A stretch of 61,393 bases of DNA, the filler included, from Candidatus Woesearchaeota archaeon CG1_02_57_44 (GTDB lineage Archaea; Nanobdellota; Nanobdellia; Woesearchaeales; CG1-02-57-44): assembly GCA_001871415.1 (NCBI GenBank). It is 4 parts of 4 records of this genome, joined end to end, with 100 filler letters (N's around TTAATTAATTAA, not from the genome) between each part and the next. Parts side by side here need not be neighbours in the genome. Positions count along the whole stretch, not along the records: positions 18,614 to 40,109 come from MNWW01000057.1; 3 more parts are not named here. One strand, given 5' to 3'. The number at the start of each line of letters is the position of its first letter. Position 1 is the first letter of the stretch. The notes under the pieces were generated by a model that did not search any database, had not been told where the DNA came from, and saw nothing but the letters and a program-made list of their open reading frames with translations. The position numbers and the translations under genes are program-made. Of the stretch, positions 19,108 to 29,337 are shown in pieces.

Positions 19108-19722
19108 ATGACAATGGAACGCGTAGCTATATTCATCGATAATGCCTATTTCAAGATTGTACAACAACAGGAAGCGATTCCTGTGGACTATGAAAAGTTC
19201 TGTGATGAGATCATAGATTCAACAGATCAGAGCAGCCGCTTCAGAACATATGTTTATGACTGCCCACCTTACCAAAGCAATCCACCAACGGCAGAGGAAA
19301 TGAAAAGAAAATCCGGATTCGACGCGTTCAAATACAACATAATAAGACTCTCCCGTTTTGAAGTACGAACAGGGCGATTGCAGATTCAGAGGGACGAAAA
19401 GGGAAACATATTGAAAAAAGCAGATGGAACACCTATCCTGCGCCAGAAAGGAGTTGATATGGCACTAGGCATCGACGCGGCGCTATTAGCAGCGACTAAA
19501 CAAGTCCAAAGGATCATCTTGGTTGCTGGAGACAGCGATTTCGTGCCCGCGATTCTTGCCGCAAAAGAAGAAGGAGTGATAGTGACCTTGTTTTTCTATC
19601 CAAAAGGCATTGTCCATGACAGCTTGTTTGAAGCCTGCGATGAGAGATTTCCCATCACTAGAGAACTGCTACAAAAAAGTGAAAGGAAGACAAGAGAAAA
19701 GAATAAAATAGGTCATAAGTAG
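19108..19722 (+). CDS. NYN (LabA/DUF88, PIN-like) domain protein
   Basis: AIFIDNAY, QKGVDMALGID, LVAGDSDFVP and LFEACD motifs. Confidence 0.9.
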   Translation: MTMERVAIFIDNAYFKIVQQQEAIPVDYEKFCDEIIDSTDQSSRFRTYVYDCPPYQSNPPTAEEMKRKSGFDAFKYNIIRLSRFEVRTGRLQIQRDEKGNILKKADGTPILRQKGVDMALGIDAALLAATKQVQRIILVAGDSDFVPAILAAKEEGVIVTLFFYPKGIVHDSLFEACDERFPITRELLQKSERKTREKNKIGHK

Positions 19723-19735
19723 GATTGTACGAGTT

Positions 19736-20455
19736 TCACTCCCGCTTCGCCTTCTTCGGCCGCGCCATCCACACGCCGATACCGATGGCAAGTGCCAGGA
19801 CGATGAGCACAGGCCAAAAGTCGCCGCTGCTTTCAGGGCTTTCCGGGACCGCGTCAGTCGCAGCGCCGGAGGCAGGCATCGTGTCTGTCGCCGCAGCAGC
19901 CGCATCAGATGTATCGCTCTCAGCGCCAGCAGCAGGGGCAGTGGTGCCCGATGCCGCATCAGGGTCATAGAGCTCAGGTGCCTGCGCATCCGCTCCAGCG
20001 GCCTCACCAGCATCAGCCGATGTCGGCTCAGGGACCGTGCCGCTCAGGGAATCGTCAGGCGCAACAGTAGCTCCCGCCAGCGTGAACGTGGCATCAGGCC
20101 GGTAGTTCTTGACAAAGCTCTGGCCGGTCTGCGTCATCGCAGTCACCTGGATTGTCGCGTCAGGTTCCACATTTTCGGTCAGGTAAGCCCCTTGCGTCTC
20201 GCCAGGCTTGACGAGCACATCATAGGGCCCGGGGATGAACCTGAAGCGTGCCTCGGTCGCGGTGGCCTGCACCAGACTAATAGTATAATCAGTATCAGCG
20301 ATTCTCACCCTGACACGGTCATTGACCCCCATCTCAGGGATGGAGACCGTATCGGTCAGATTGTAGTATGTATAATAGTCCTCGATATTGACAGCCGCGA
20401 CTATGGGCAATATCGCGATAGACGCCAACAACAGGAATAGCAGGGATTGTCTCAT
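19736..20455 (-). CDS. Secreted protein with acidic low-complexity linker and C-terminal membrane anchor
   Basis: Signal peptide MRQSLLFLLLASIAILPIVAA; A/D/T/P-rich stalk; TM followed by RPKKAKRE. Confidence 0.75.
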   Translation of the reverse strand: MRQSLLFLLLASIAILPIVAAVNIEDYYTYYNLTDTVSIPEMGVNDRVRVRIADTDYTISLVQATATEARFRFIPGPYDVLVKPGETQGAYLTENVEPDATIQVTAMTQTGQSFVKNYRPDATFTLAGATVAPDDSLSGTVPEPTSADAGEAAGADAQAPELYDPDAASGTTAPAAGAESDTSDAAAAATDTMPASGAATDAVPESPESSGDFWPVLIVLALAIGIGVWMARPKKAKRE

Positions 20456-20725
20456 AGGAACACCTCTTGCATGATTCTGAACAATGTCATTAATAAAGGT
20501 TTGGCCGATAGTATAGGTGCAGGACTGATATAGACAGCAGCGAGAGGTCCACGAGCGCGTGGTGCTTGCAGCCAATTCGCCCCCTACCCCCCGGATAACC
20601 ACAGCATAGCCAGTAGTAGCTGCAACTTGCCTTGCAGCCACCAACAAGTATTTTTAAGAGCGGCACCACTCATACCATGAGATACCTGACTGAGCTATCG
20701 GCAGGCGAAAAAGGAGGAGAATCCC

Positions 20726-22852
20726 ATGAACACGAAGAACCAACCGACCATGCAAGGAATACTGACAGCGACGCTAGCACTCCTGTTGGTGCTGGCAGGA
20801 TGCACAAGCGCGACCCAACCGGTCTGGAACCCTGCGACAACTTCGCCAGGAACCTACACCACAACATCCTTCACCCCGGACAGCACAGTCGAACCGCTCA
20901 GTTTCTCGAGTCCAGAGGAATTCGCGGCATTCGCTAGGAGCTACGAAGGTTATGGCGGCATCTACTATGGTGGAGGCATCATGACGCGCTCGATGACCGC
21001 GGGCACCTTGGGCGTTGCGATACCAGAGATGGCCATGGACACGACCAATGTGAAGCAGACAGTGCCCGTTCCGGCAGCGGATGGTGTATCTGCTTCCGCA
21101 GGGACTGATTTCAGCGATACCAACAACCAGGTCGAGGGCATCGATGAAGCAGATATCATAAAGACCGATGGGGAGTACATCTACACGGTCACGGGAACCA
21201 CCATATTCATCATCAAGGCATACCCCGGAGCAGACGCGCAGGTCATCAGTACCATCACGCTGGACAGCACACCGCGTGGCCTCTTTATCGACCACGACAC
21301 CCTGGTCGTGCTTGGCAACGTCGACAAGCTGGAAAAGATCGGAGATTTCACCCCGAGGAACGGCCTGACCTACACGAGCATCTATGACATCAGCGACAAG
21401 ACCGCGCCTAAGCTGCAGAAGCAGTTCAAGGTCGAGGGCTACTATGACGAGGCGCGCATGACCGATGGCATCGTGTATCTCATCACCACGTCGGGCATGC
21501 AGTTCTCGCCAGGATATCCTGTCCCGGTCATCATGGATGGAACCACGATAAGGTCCATGCCGATCGACAATATCAGATACTATCCCATCCCCTACAACTG
21601 GCCCCAGCTGGTGAGCGTGCACGCGATATCGCTTGGCGACGAATCCATCAACAGCGCGGCAGTGGTAGTAGAAGGAGGCCAGACTGTCTACATGAGCGAC
21701 CAGAACATCTACATCACCTACACGCAGAATATCAATGAGTATGACCTACAGCGCCAGATACTAAGAGATCTGCTCACACCAAAGCTGACAGATGGCGACA
21801 AGGCGCTCATCGAGAAGATAAAAGCGGTCGATAATGATATCCTCACACAGCAGGAGAAGGACAACAAGATAGACAACATCATCATGTCCTATGCTGCCTA
21901 CCTCCCGGAGGACGAACAGCAACAACTGCAGGATAAGGCGGACGAATTGCTCCAGCAGAAGCTCAAGGAGTACGAGTACATGGAGTGGACCATCATCAAC
22001 CGCGTCGCGGTCAGAGGCGACACCATCCAGGTAGCGGCCAATGGCAAGGTGCCAGGCCACATCACCAATCAGTTCAGCCTGGATGAGCAGGACGACGTGC
22101 TGAGGATAGCGACGACCTTGAGCCAGCGCTGGTACAAGGGAGAGAGCACAAAGTCCAGCAACAACGTCTTCACCCTGGACCAGGACCTGAAGCTTCTGGG
22201 AGGTCTCAAGGACCTCGCGGAGGGCGAGCAGATATACAGCACCAGGTTCATCGGCGATAGACTATACATGGTCACCTTCAAGCAGGTCGATCCGTTCTTC
22301 GTCATCGACCTGAGCGATCCAGCAAAGCCCAAGGAGCTAGGAAAGCTGAAGATTCCAGGATTTTCAAGATACCTGCACCCATATGACGACACGCATATCA
22401 TCGGCATAGGGCGCGACGCGTCCGAGACCGGAAGGCAGCAGGGCCTGAAGATATCCCTGTTCGACGTGAGTGATGTGACGCACCCGATAGAGACCGCCAA
22501 GTGGGTCAGCGACGCCCGCTACGCGAGCACCACTGCCGAATACGAGCATAAAGCGTTCTTGTTCAGCAAGGACAAGGACCTGTTGGTCATTCCGGCGTAC
22601 AGCTATGACTACCAGGGAACGGGAGGCTACAATGGAGCACTGGTCTTCAATATAACAGCAGACATCATCACGCTGCGCGGTCTCATCGACCACGGCCAGT
22701 CTGGCTACGGGCCTGCTGTCGAGCGCTCCCTGTACATAGAGGATCTGCTCTACACCAAGAGCGCGGGCCTGCTGCGCATCAACAGCATCGACACCCTGGA
22801 GAGCGTCAAGCGCGTGGACCTGGTGACCGACAGCAGCATCAAGAAGTACTAA
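20726..22852 (+). CDS. Secreted beta-propeller domain lipoprotein (COG4880-like)
   Basis: Lipobox LAGC; SDTNNQVEGIDEADIIKTDG, GEQIYSTRF, VTFKQVDPFFVIDL and GKLKIPGFSRYLHP motifs. Confidence 0.88.
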   Translation: MNTKNQPTMQGILTATLALLLVLAGCTSATQPVWNPATTSPGTYTTTSFTPDSTVEPLSFSSPEEFAAFARSYEGYGGIYYGGGIMTRSMTAGTLGVAIPEMAMDTTNVKQTVPVPAADGVSASAGTDFSDTNNQVEGIDEADIIKTDGEYIYTVTGTTIFIIKAYPGADAQVISTITLDSTPRGLFIDHDTLVVLGNVDKLEKIGDFTPRNGLTYTSIYDISDKTAPKLQKQFKVEGYYDEARMTDGIVYLITTSGMQFSPGYPVPVIMDGTTIRSMPIDNIRYYPIPYNWPQLVSVHAISLGDESINSAAVVVEGGQTVYMSDQNIYITYTQNINEYDLQRQILRDLLTPKLTDGDKALIEKIKAVDNDILTQQEKDNKIDNIIMSYAAYLPEDEQQQLQDKADELLQQKLKEYEYMEWTIINRVAVRGDTIQVAANGKVPGHITNQFSLDEQDDVLRIATTLSQRWYKGESTKSSNNVFTLDQDLKLLGGLKDLAEGEQIYSTRFIGDRLYMVTFKQVDPFFVIDLSDPAKPKELGKLKIPGFSRYLHPYDDTHIIGIGRDASETGRQQGLKISLFDVSDVTHPIETAKWVSDARYASTTAEYEHKAFLFSKDKDLLVIPAYSYDYQGTGGYNGALVFNITADIITLRGLIDHGQSGYGPAVERSLYIEDLLYTKSAGLLRINSIDTLESVKRVDLVTDSSIKKY

Positions 22853-23015
22853 GAAGCACTAGCCCAGGAAACGCCAAGACTCCCACAGGGTGCTCCCCGG
22901 GAAGGCCAAAGCCCTGCCGTGAGCGATATTCAGGACCAGGGATGGCTCGTAGTCATTACGGATACCGCGCCGTTCGCGGCAAAGCTTTTTCTTCTGTATT
23001 GTTTTTCCGGGATCC

Positions 23016-23747
23016 ATGCCAGAAGGATACCTTTCATTGGGAGTGCAGGGACCATGGTTCATGGACGATTTGGAGTTCGCTGAGCCTGATGCATATCAAC
23101 TCCATCATGCCTGCGTACAGGTATGGCGAGAGTTGCCGCAAGACCCGGTGCTCCAGGATTTGCTTCTTGGTACACGGATAGGGACAGCACGCCCTACAGA
23201 CTGGCTGAGCATCCCCGGAGACGTGGCATCCTCGGAGAATGGCGTAAGCGGTCGGGAGTGCTTGCGTATCGGCGTCGAGTATCTGGTACAGTCCATGAAT
23301 GTGGCTAGGGGGGCCCCACTTATGCCGATGAGCGCTCCAGATGGAAAACTGAGGACAGCGGTGTCATATGGCATCGATCAACAAGCGCAAGAAGCCATGC
23401 AGGCATGGTGGCAGGAGAATGAAGCAGGCGCAGAGCTGCTGAGCAGAGTCTGCTCGAACATGGAAGACGCTCTTGAGTATCAGAATCTGATCATGTGCGC
23501 AGGCCTAGTCGCGAAGGCTGCCGGGTTTATCGTACAGGAAGATGACAAGGCAGAAAGGTGGCGAAGCTTCAGTGAACATACCTACACGCCAGCTGCGTAC
23601 GTTGCTGCGACTCTCGCCTATGGCGAGCAGGTAAAAAATTACATGGACAGGTTCCATGTATGCTGTGATGCGTTATCAAAGATTCCAGGCTCAGAGAGAT
23701 TCATCAGGGACCCTGGCGAATTACTGGTGAGGATGCATGGATACTGA
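23016..23747 (+). CDS. Hypothetical protein, paralog of 23737-24522
   Basis: 243-aa ORF; shares blocks with the next ORF (LHHACVQVWRELPQDPVLQDLLLG vs MHELCLDIREQLPSDHALQDVVLG). Confidence 0.65.
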   Translation: MPEGYLSLGVQGPWFMDDLEFAEPDAYQLHHACVQVWRELPQDPVLQDLLLGTRIGTARPTDWLSIPGDVASSENGVSGRECLRIGVEYLVQSMNVARGAPLMPMSAPDGKLRTAVSYGIDQQAQEAMQAWWQENEAGAELLSRVCSNMEDALEYQNLIMCAGLVAKAAGFIVQEDDKAERWRSFSEHTYTPAAYVAATLAYGEQVKNYMDRFHVCCDALSKIPGSERFIRDPGELLVRMHGY

Positions 23748-24522
23748 CGCGAGCGGACAAAAGACAGACATAGACACTCCGAAGAGGGTGCCGGAGCGAA
23801 AGCCCATCGAAAACTATGCGCTGATGGGCGTCAGCTACGACGAAGCCCGTCCGATGCACGAGCTCTGTCTGGACATCAGAGAGCAGCTACCCTCTGATCA
23901 CGCGCTGCAGGACGTGGTCCTGGGATGGCGCCATCATGGAGAATACATCGATTCTTGGTCAGGAGTGCAGGGATACGCATGGCATCGTGCGACCGTGGAT
24001 ATCTCTCTAAGCTACTTGGAGCTGGTGCGCGGTCTTGCCAGAGGCCCAGGCATCATGACGATAGGTGAAGGCGTAGTAACTGCGACAGATTATGCCACCT
24101 TCGAACCACCGGTCAGGATAGACGGGTTTGACGCAGCAGCCATCCTCGAACTGCAGCAGTGGTGGGTAGACGCGCCTGATGCGGTGCGCGCGATAGAGTC
24201 CTACCATAGCGCGTTAGAGTCTGCCTGGGACGCGTTCAATCTGCAATCCGCCCTTACTCTTGCTAGCGACGGGACCAACGCCAACATGGAGTTTGATTAT
24301 CCAGAGTACGAGCAGTGGAGACACCATCTGACAGTCGAATGGTCACCAACATGCTACGTTCCACTGGACTCGGCCTACTATAGCGAAGCGAAGCGCCAGA
24401 TGCACGCATGTGGTATCGCCTACCAGGCCGCGGCAGGCCATCAGGGCGCAGACTTATTCCTGCTCACGCAGCAACAGGTGACAGAGACCGTCAGCCAGAT
24501 GCGTCGCGACCAATACTTCTGA
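23737..24522 (+). CDS. Hypothetical protein, paralog of 23016-23747
   Basis: 261-aa ORF overlapping the upstream stop; similarity blocks as above. Confidence 0.65.
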   Translation: MDTDASGQKTDIDTPKRVPERKPIENYALMGVSYDEARPMHELCLDIREQLPSDHALQDVVLGWRHHGEYIDSWSGVQGYAWHRATVDISLSYLELVRGLARGPGIMTIGEGVVTATDYATFEPPVRIDGFDAAAILELQQWWVDAPDAVRAIESYHSALESAWDAFNLQSALTLASDGTNANMEFDYPEYEQWRHHLTVEWSPTCYVPLDSAYYSEAKRQMHACGIAYQAAAGHQGADLFLLTQQQVTETVSQMRRDQYF

Positions 24523-24647
24523 GGCCATGACCCCTCAGCGTGCATACCATCCATGCACAGAGCATAAAGCACAGGCACACAAAGGAACCAGTGCGACTGC
24601 ACCCCATCTTCTCATCAGGAAGACAATCGCTTCGTTCTGCCAGCGGT

Positions 24648-25493
24648 CTATTCCTTCCCCTTCTTCATCTGCAGCACCATGAACCCGGCGACGACCACGA
24701 GCACCAGCACGATGATGCCGGCGATGAGTCCCGCGCTGCCTTTCCCAGGAGGAATAGTACCCGCGTTATCGGTTGCTGTCGGATCCGCACTGCCCGCAGC
24801 GTCAGTGGTATCACCGCTGTCCTGTAGCGCAGGGCTGCCGGGCAACGCGTCGCCGTCCCACTCCAGCTTCCATCCGTCGATCTTCACCGCGTTGGCGAAA
24901 TCTCGGGTGATATTGCTCATGACCACAGGTCGTGGATCGACGCGCGCTGTTGAGACCCCAAGCAGCGCTGCTGGAAGCGATCCTGTGAGCACCGCACGCA
25001 GCTGCCCGTCATCGCCCTCGCCGCCGTCGTAGAGCAGCACGCGATCGTGCGCCCAGACCTGCGGCACACCAGGGAGCATGGTGATGCGAAGCGACCCGAA
25101 GACAGGTCGCTCATCCACAAGCGGACAGGGATTGTCCTGCAACGCAGCCACTTTGCTGGCCGCGAGATCCTCGATACCCTTGTTGCCCGCGATGAAATCA
25201 CCAGGGCCGAGCACCAGCACCGGCATGCCATAGCCGATGGTGTACTTGAACCGGAAATCAGTACGCACATTCTCGTTCTGTGTCGCGGCATTGACATCAT
25301 AGACGATGACGACCGTGTCGGTGAGGTCCTGGATGATCTTGTCCGCCTGCACGCAGTCCTTGCAGCCGGTGAAGTACACGGCGCAGTTAGGGCCTGCCGA
25401 GACCGCGGGAACCACCAACAGCGTGACCGTGCTCAATGCGATAAGCAACAACCCTGAAGAGATTATCGATATGAATAATGTGTTTTCAACCAT
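24648..25493 (-). CDS. Membrane-anchored thioredoxin/glutaredoxin-like surface protein
   Basis: GGGGGTGA RBS; N-terminal hydrophobic segment; YFTGCKDC CxxC and MPVLV cis-Pro-like motif; C-terminal TM plus KKGKE. Confidence 0.7.
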   Translation of the reverse strand: MVENTLFISIISSGLLLIALSTVTLLVVPAVSAGPNCAVYFTGCKDCVQADKIIQDLTDTVVIVYDVNAATQNENVRTDFRFKYTIGYGMPVLVLGPGDFIAGNKGIEDLAASKVAALQDNPCPLVDERPVFGSLRITMLPGVPQVWAHDRVLLYDGGEGDDGQLRAVLTGSLPAALLGVSTARVDPRPVVMSNITRDFANAVKIDGWKLEWDGDALPGSPALQDSGDTTDAAGSADPTATDNAGTIPPGKGSAGLIAGIIVLVLVVVAGFMVLQMKKGKE

Positions 25494-25646
25494 ACAATCA
25501 CCCCCCTGTAGATGCGTTAGCGACACAGCATATAAAGCCTTGCCACGCAAAGGCCAAGTCAAGCACAAGACAACCCCAACCAAAGTCACCACACAGTGAC
25601 AACAAACAAAGTATTTATAAACCCACAAGAGTTTCTTGTGACCAAG

Positions 25647-26429
25647 ATGCCCCCGCCCCCAGACAGGTCATTGCTCGTTCGCGTGCGAGAACGTTTTGCG
25701 CACGACAATGAATTATGCGATAAGTTGACACATCTTCTATCGCACGAGATGGCCACCTTGCGCACGTTGCAGGATTCGCTGGATCAGCTCGCAGACCCAA
25801 GCTGCGACTGCAGGCCAGCGGAGTGGGAAGTGCTTAAACAACAGGTCGACGCGCAGGGCATCCTGCTCGCAGCGAAGGTGGAAGCACTGCTCATGTGGCA
25901 TCCTACGTACCAGGGCAATGGCACAGCAGAGCAACTCATCCCCACAGCCCAACCTCTGACGTGGGCATACAGTCTGGTGCACCCTGCCTATCCAGATTGC
26001 AGCATCCAATTGGCGCAGGACGACCAAGTCGCCCCTGCAAGAATCCCCGCCTATGCAGTGCAAGCAGTGACTATGTTGCTGGAGAATGCTGCGAAGTTCG
26101 GCAGAGCCGATGGTCGGGGTAATGAGCCCTACACGGTGCACGCAAGCAGTGATACGAGCGACGGACAGGTGACGTTCACGGTGTGCGATTATGGGCAAGG
26201 CATGGACCCTGCCTCATGCGTGCTGGCATGCCTGCCAGGATGGCAGGGCGAAGCCGACTATATGACACGCAGGCAAGGCGGCCTGGGTATGGGGCTCTAT
26301 ATCACAGAGCAGATAGCGCGCCACCATCACGGCGCACTGGAGCTTCGTAGCGAGCAAGGTCAAGGCACCATGGCGATGCTCTCCTTACCCGTAGCAGGCA
26401 TCGACGAATCATCGCACAGATCAGGATAG
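25647..26429 (+). CDS. Soluble histidine kinase (HisKA-like plus HATPase_c)
   Basis: H-box-like LSHEM, N-box LLENAAKF, G1 DYGQGM, G2 GGLGMGL, SEQGQGT; TTTATAA box upstream. Confidence 0.8.
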   Translation: MPPPPDRSLLVRVRERFAHDNELCDKLTHLLSHEMATLRTLQDSLDQLADPSCDCRPAEWEVLKQQVDAQGILLAAKVEALLMWHPTYQGNGTAEQLIPTAQPLTWAYSLVHPAYPDCSIQLAQDDQVAPARIPAYAVQAVTMLLENAAKFGRADGRGNEPYTVHASSDTSDGQVTFTVCDYGQGMDPASCVLACLPGWQGEADYMTRRQGGLGMGLYITEQIARHHHGALELRSEQGQGTMAMLSLPVAGIDESSHRSG

Positions 26430-26440
26430 AGGAGAGTAAC

Positions 26441-27223
26441 ATGAGACCAAAGATACTGCACGTTGGAGAATTGATATTCCTGGTGCCAGAGCTCGCCCGC
26501 ATGGATGAGGAGAGCGCGCGACTCGAGGATCTGCTCAAGCAGCCCTGGATGGACGACTGCATCAGCAGCGTCCCATGGGGAGCCGACACAGATGCTTCCC
26601 GTCATCCCGTCATCGTGCATCTGCACGGCATCATCGGCCCGAGCGAGAACAGGGGATGGCATCAGGCATTCTGGACAGACACTCCGGCCGAAGCAGGCAC
26701 CGCATTGCACCATGCATGGCTGAACGCGTACAAGCAAGACGGCGCTGGGACGCACATAAAGGTATACTCGCCGCTCGAATCCGATGTCGTCACCGCCATC
26801 ACCAGTTACTTCACGCGTCTGCCCATGGCCTTCCAGCAAGGAGACGAATTATGGGAGGACGGCGACTACTGCCCGCTCAAGTATGCATTATTGAGGAATG
26901 CTCAAGCGCCTGGACAGGCGATATTGGCATACCCCCACTGCCACGAATCAGCATTCACTGTGCTCGGCAAATCAGGAGGACTGCTAATAGAAACGCAGCA
27001 AGGTGGCTCACCCATGCCCGCAGAGGAATTGCACAGGTCACTCATGCGACGTTGCTATGGCGTGGCCGACATGACCGCGGCGCTTGCCCCGACAGCGGCA
27101 TGCATGAAGAGCGGTTGCGCCTATGGCGTAGCTAAGGAGTGCATGACAGCATCAGAGCATGATCACGACGATATGTTCCGTCGCCTGCGCACGAAGGATA
27201 TGCCCCGGTCGCCAGGCAGATAG
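26441..27223 (+). CDS. Hypothetical protein
   Basis: 260-aa ORF with GAGGAG RBS, 11 nt after the kinase stop; no family recognised. Confidence 0.6.
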   Translation: MRPKILHVGELIFLVPELARMDEESARLEDLLKQPWMDDCISSVPWGADTDASRHPVIVHLHGIIGPSENRGWHQAFWTDTPAEAGTALHHAWLNAYKQDGAGTHIKVYSPLESDVVTAITSYFTRLPMAFQQGDELWEDGDYCPLKYALLRNAQAPGQAILAYPHCHESAFTVLGKSGGLLIETQQGGSPMPAEELHRSLMRRCYGVADMTAALAPTAACMKSGCAYGVAKECMTASEHDHDDMFRRLRTKDMPRSPGR

Positions 27224-27331
27224 GAGATTTCTCAGCCAGCAACCGATCAGCACTGACAAGGGGCATCATCAAGAATCGGCCACGCTCGCGCAGGAAAGAA
27301 CCAATAGGGTCAGGAAACAATACCTAAACGT

Positions 27332-28633
27332 TCACATATCCCTTAGATATCCCCAATTATGCAACAGGTCCGAATCCTCCTGCCACCGATCACCGATATC
27401 CGTGCGATAGTACATGTTCGGGATGAGCACGTTCTGCACGCGTGTATACGCCTGCTTCTTTGCCTGGCGCATGGTGATGCCTGTGCCGCATACGACCAGC
27501 ACGACGCCACTGGTGCCGGTGACGACCCAGTTGCCGTCGCCATTGGTGCGCTTGACATCCACGATGTGCACGCCATCGGTGGGCTTCTTGAAGATGACAG
27601 CAGCATCCTTGCTGTAGGTATCAAAGGTCTCCTGATCCTTGAATGGATACGGTGAGGTGACGATGCGCACGCCCACCTGATAACCCGTCTTCACCTTCAA
27701 CTCCGGCTTCTCCCCGCGAGCAAGCGCAGCAAAAAACTGTCCCATGGGAACGCGCATGCCTTCCTGCTGGATGCTGATAGTGGGATAGCCAAAGCGCGAC
27801 GTCCACTCCAGAGGATAGATGCCGTTCGCATTGACGATAGTATTGATATCGATGTATCCAGCGTATCCTTCGGCGACCAGCTTAGCCTCCATCTTCTTGA
27901 GCGTGTTGTTGAATATCTTGTTGGGCGCGCTCCAGAACATGCTGGTACCCATCTCGCCTGTGGCAGGTCCAAGATTGCCGGGAAACAGTTTCTTGTGCTC
28001 AAAGTTGACATTGATTGGCGTGATGAACTCCTTGCCATTGAAGAACGCGCCGACCGCGACTTCAACGCCAGTCACCCGCTTCTGGAGTTGGAACACTTTG
28101 ATGTGATAAGCCCATGTCTTCTTGTAGGCCTCAAGCACGCGGACAACATCAGCGCCGTCGTCCTCCTGCCCGATGAACAGCAGGCGCTTGATGTTCTGTG
28201 CTTCTCCACTTGGCTTGATGACATATTTGTTGGGATTCTGCTTGACAAACGCGATAGCGTCATCAAAGCTCGTGAATTCCTGGTAGGGAAGGATATTGAT
28301 GCCTGCCTTCTTCATTTCTTCCTGGCCAAAGGTACGGTCGTCTTCAAGCATGTCGGTATAGGCAGAGCCGCCGATGACCGCCTTGCCCTTGGCGCGTAGC
28401 TCCTGGGCGAGTGTGCCCTGGCCAAGGACATCATCAAAGAGTATGACATCAGCCCAGTCGATATGCTCTTCCCAGTCCTCCACCTTCTCGACAAAGCCGT
28501 CGCCAATCTCCCTTTCAGCAGGTACTTTGACATAGTACTTGACATCATGCCCTTCCTTGGCAATGGTCCAGGCGAGATCAACACTCAATCCTTCCAGAGA
28601 AACAAAGAGGAATTTTTCCACGTTAGGTCGCAT
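27332..28633 (-). CDS. PurD-like ATP-grasp ligase (phosphoribosylamine-glycine ligase family, divergent type)
   Basis: LEDDRTFG, YVIKPSG, EHKKLFPGNLGPATGEMG, LEWTSRFGYP and YYRTDIG motifs. Confidence 0.8.
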   Translation of the reverse strand: MRPNVEKFLFVSLEGLSVDLAWTIAKEGHDVKYYVKVPAEREIGDGFVEKVEDWEEHIDWADVILFDDVLGQGTLAQELRAKGKAVIGGSAYTDMLEDDRTFGQEEMKKAGINILPYQEFTSFDDAIAFVKQNPNKYVIKPSGEAQNIKRLLFIGQEDDGADVVRVLEAYKKTWAYHIKVFQLQKRVTGVEVAVGAFFNGKEFITPINVNFEHKKLFPGNLGPATGEMGTSMFWSAPNKIFNNTLKKMEAKLVAEGYAGYIDINTIVNANGIYPLEWTSRFGYPTISIQQEGMRVPMGQFFAALARGEKPELKVKTGYQVGVRIVTSPYPFKDQETFDTYSKDAAVIFKKPTDGVHIVDVKRTNGDGNWVVTGTSGVVLVVCGTGITMRQAKKQAYTRVQNVLIPNMYYRTDIGDRWQEDSDLLHNWGYLRDM

Positions 28634-28656
28634 TTCAAAAGAGATTGCGGTGCTTC

Positions 28657-29148
28657 TTAAGCTTTTTGATGCTGCAGCCTCAGAAAGAACTCTTTCGTCG
28701 CCAAAAGCGACGCCACGGCAGAAGGCACCAGCGTGCGCCACTTCCCGTCAGGAGAACGCATCTCCCGGATGATGGTGCCGGATATATGGGGCAGCAGCTC
28801 CAGCCGAACAACGGTAATACCCGCGCCTTGTAATAATCCGGCAACATAGTCATTTCCCGTGTAGGCCGAATCAAAATCCAGCCCCTGCACTTGCGAAAGC
28901 CACGTATCATTATCAGGCATATCCTCAAGCAGGACGATGTCATAGGCAATGACCCCCGATTCCAGCAACGCTGCCCTGATAAGCAGCTCTCGCTGAGCTG
29001 CGCTCCAGGGATTTTCCTTCGTGCCCGCTATCTGTGCGCTGCCGATAGCGATGAGTGCCCGGTCACATTCCTGCAGGATGCGCCGGACATCCTCCAGATG
29101 ACCAAGATGAAACGGCTGAAACCGCCCAATGAACAATCCGGTGCGCAT
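28657..29148 (-). CDS. nadM: Nicotinamide-nucleotide adenylyltransferase
   Basis: FIGRFQPFHLGH, IGSAQ, ENPW, ISGTIIR and WRTLVP motifs. Confidence 0.88.
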   Translation of the reverse strand: MRTGLFIGRFQPFHLGHLEDVRRILQECDRALIAIGSAQIAGTKENPWSAAQRELLIRAALLESGVIAYDIVLLEDMPDNDTWLSQVQGLDFDSAYTGNDYVAGLLQGAGITVVRLELLPHISGTIIREMRSPDGKWRTLVPSAVASLLATKEFFLRLQHQKA

Positions 29149-29337
29149 GCGTAACGGACAGCACTTTGACTACTAAAGGCTTGCGGCCCTGCCTGCTCGC
29201 AGCGAACACAAGGCAGCATTCTTCACAAAAGACCAGCAGCAGCATTAACCAGTCCCCCGGACCACCAACGCCTGACCTGCTGAGCGCACAACCCAATATC
29301 GCAGCATTAATATAGTATCCGTCCAAAGAAGCAGGGT

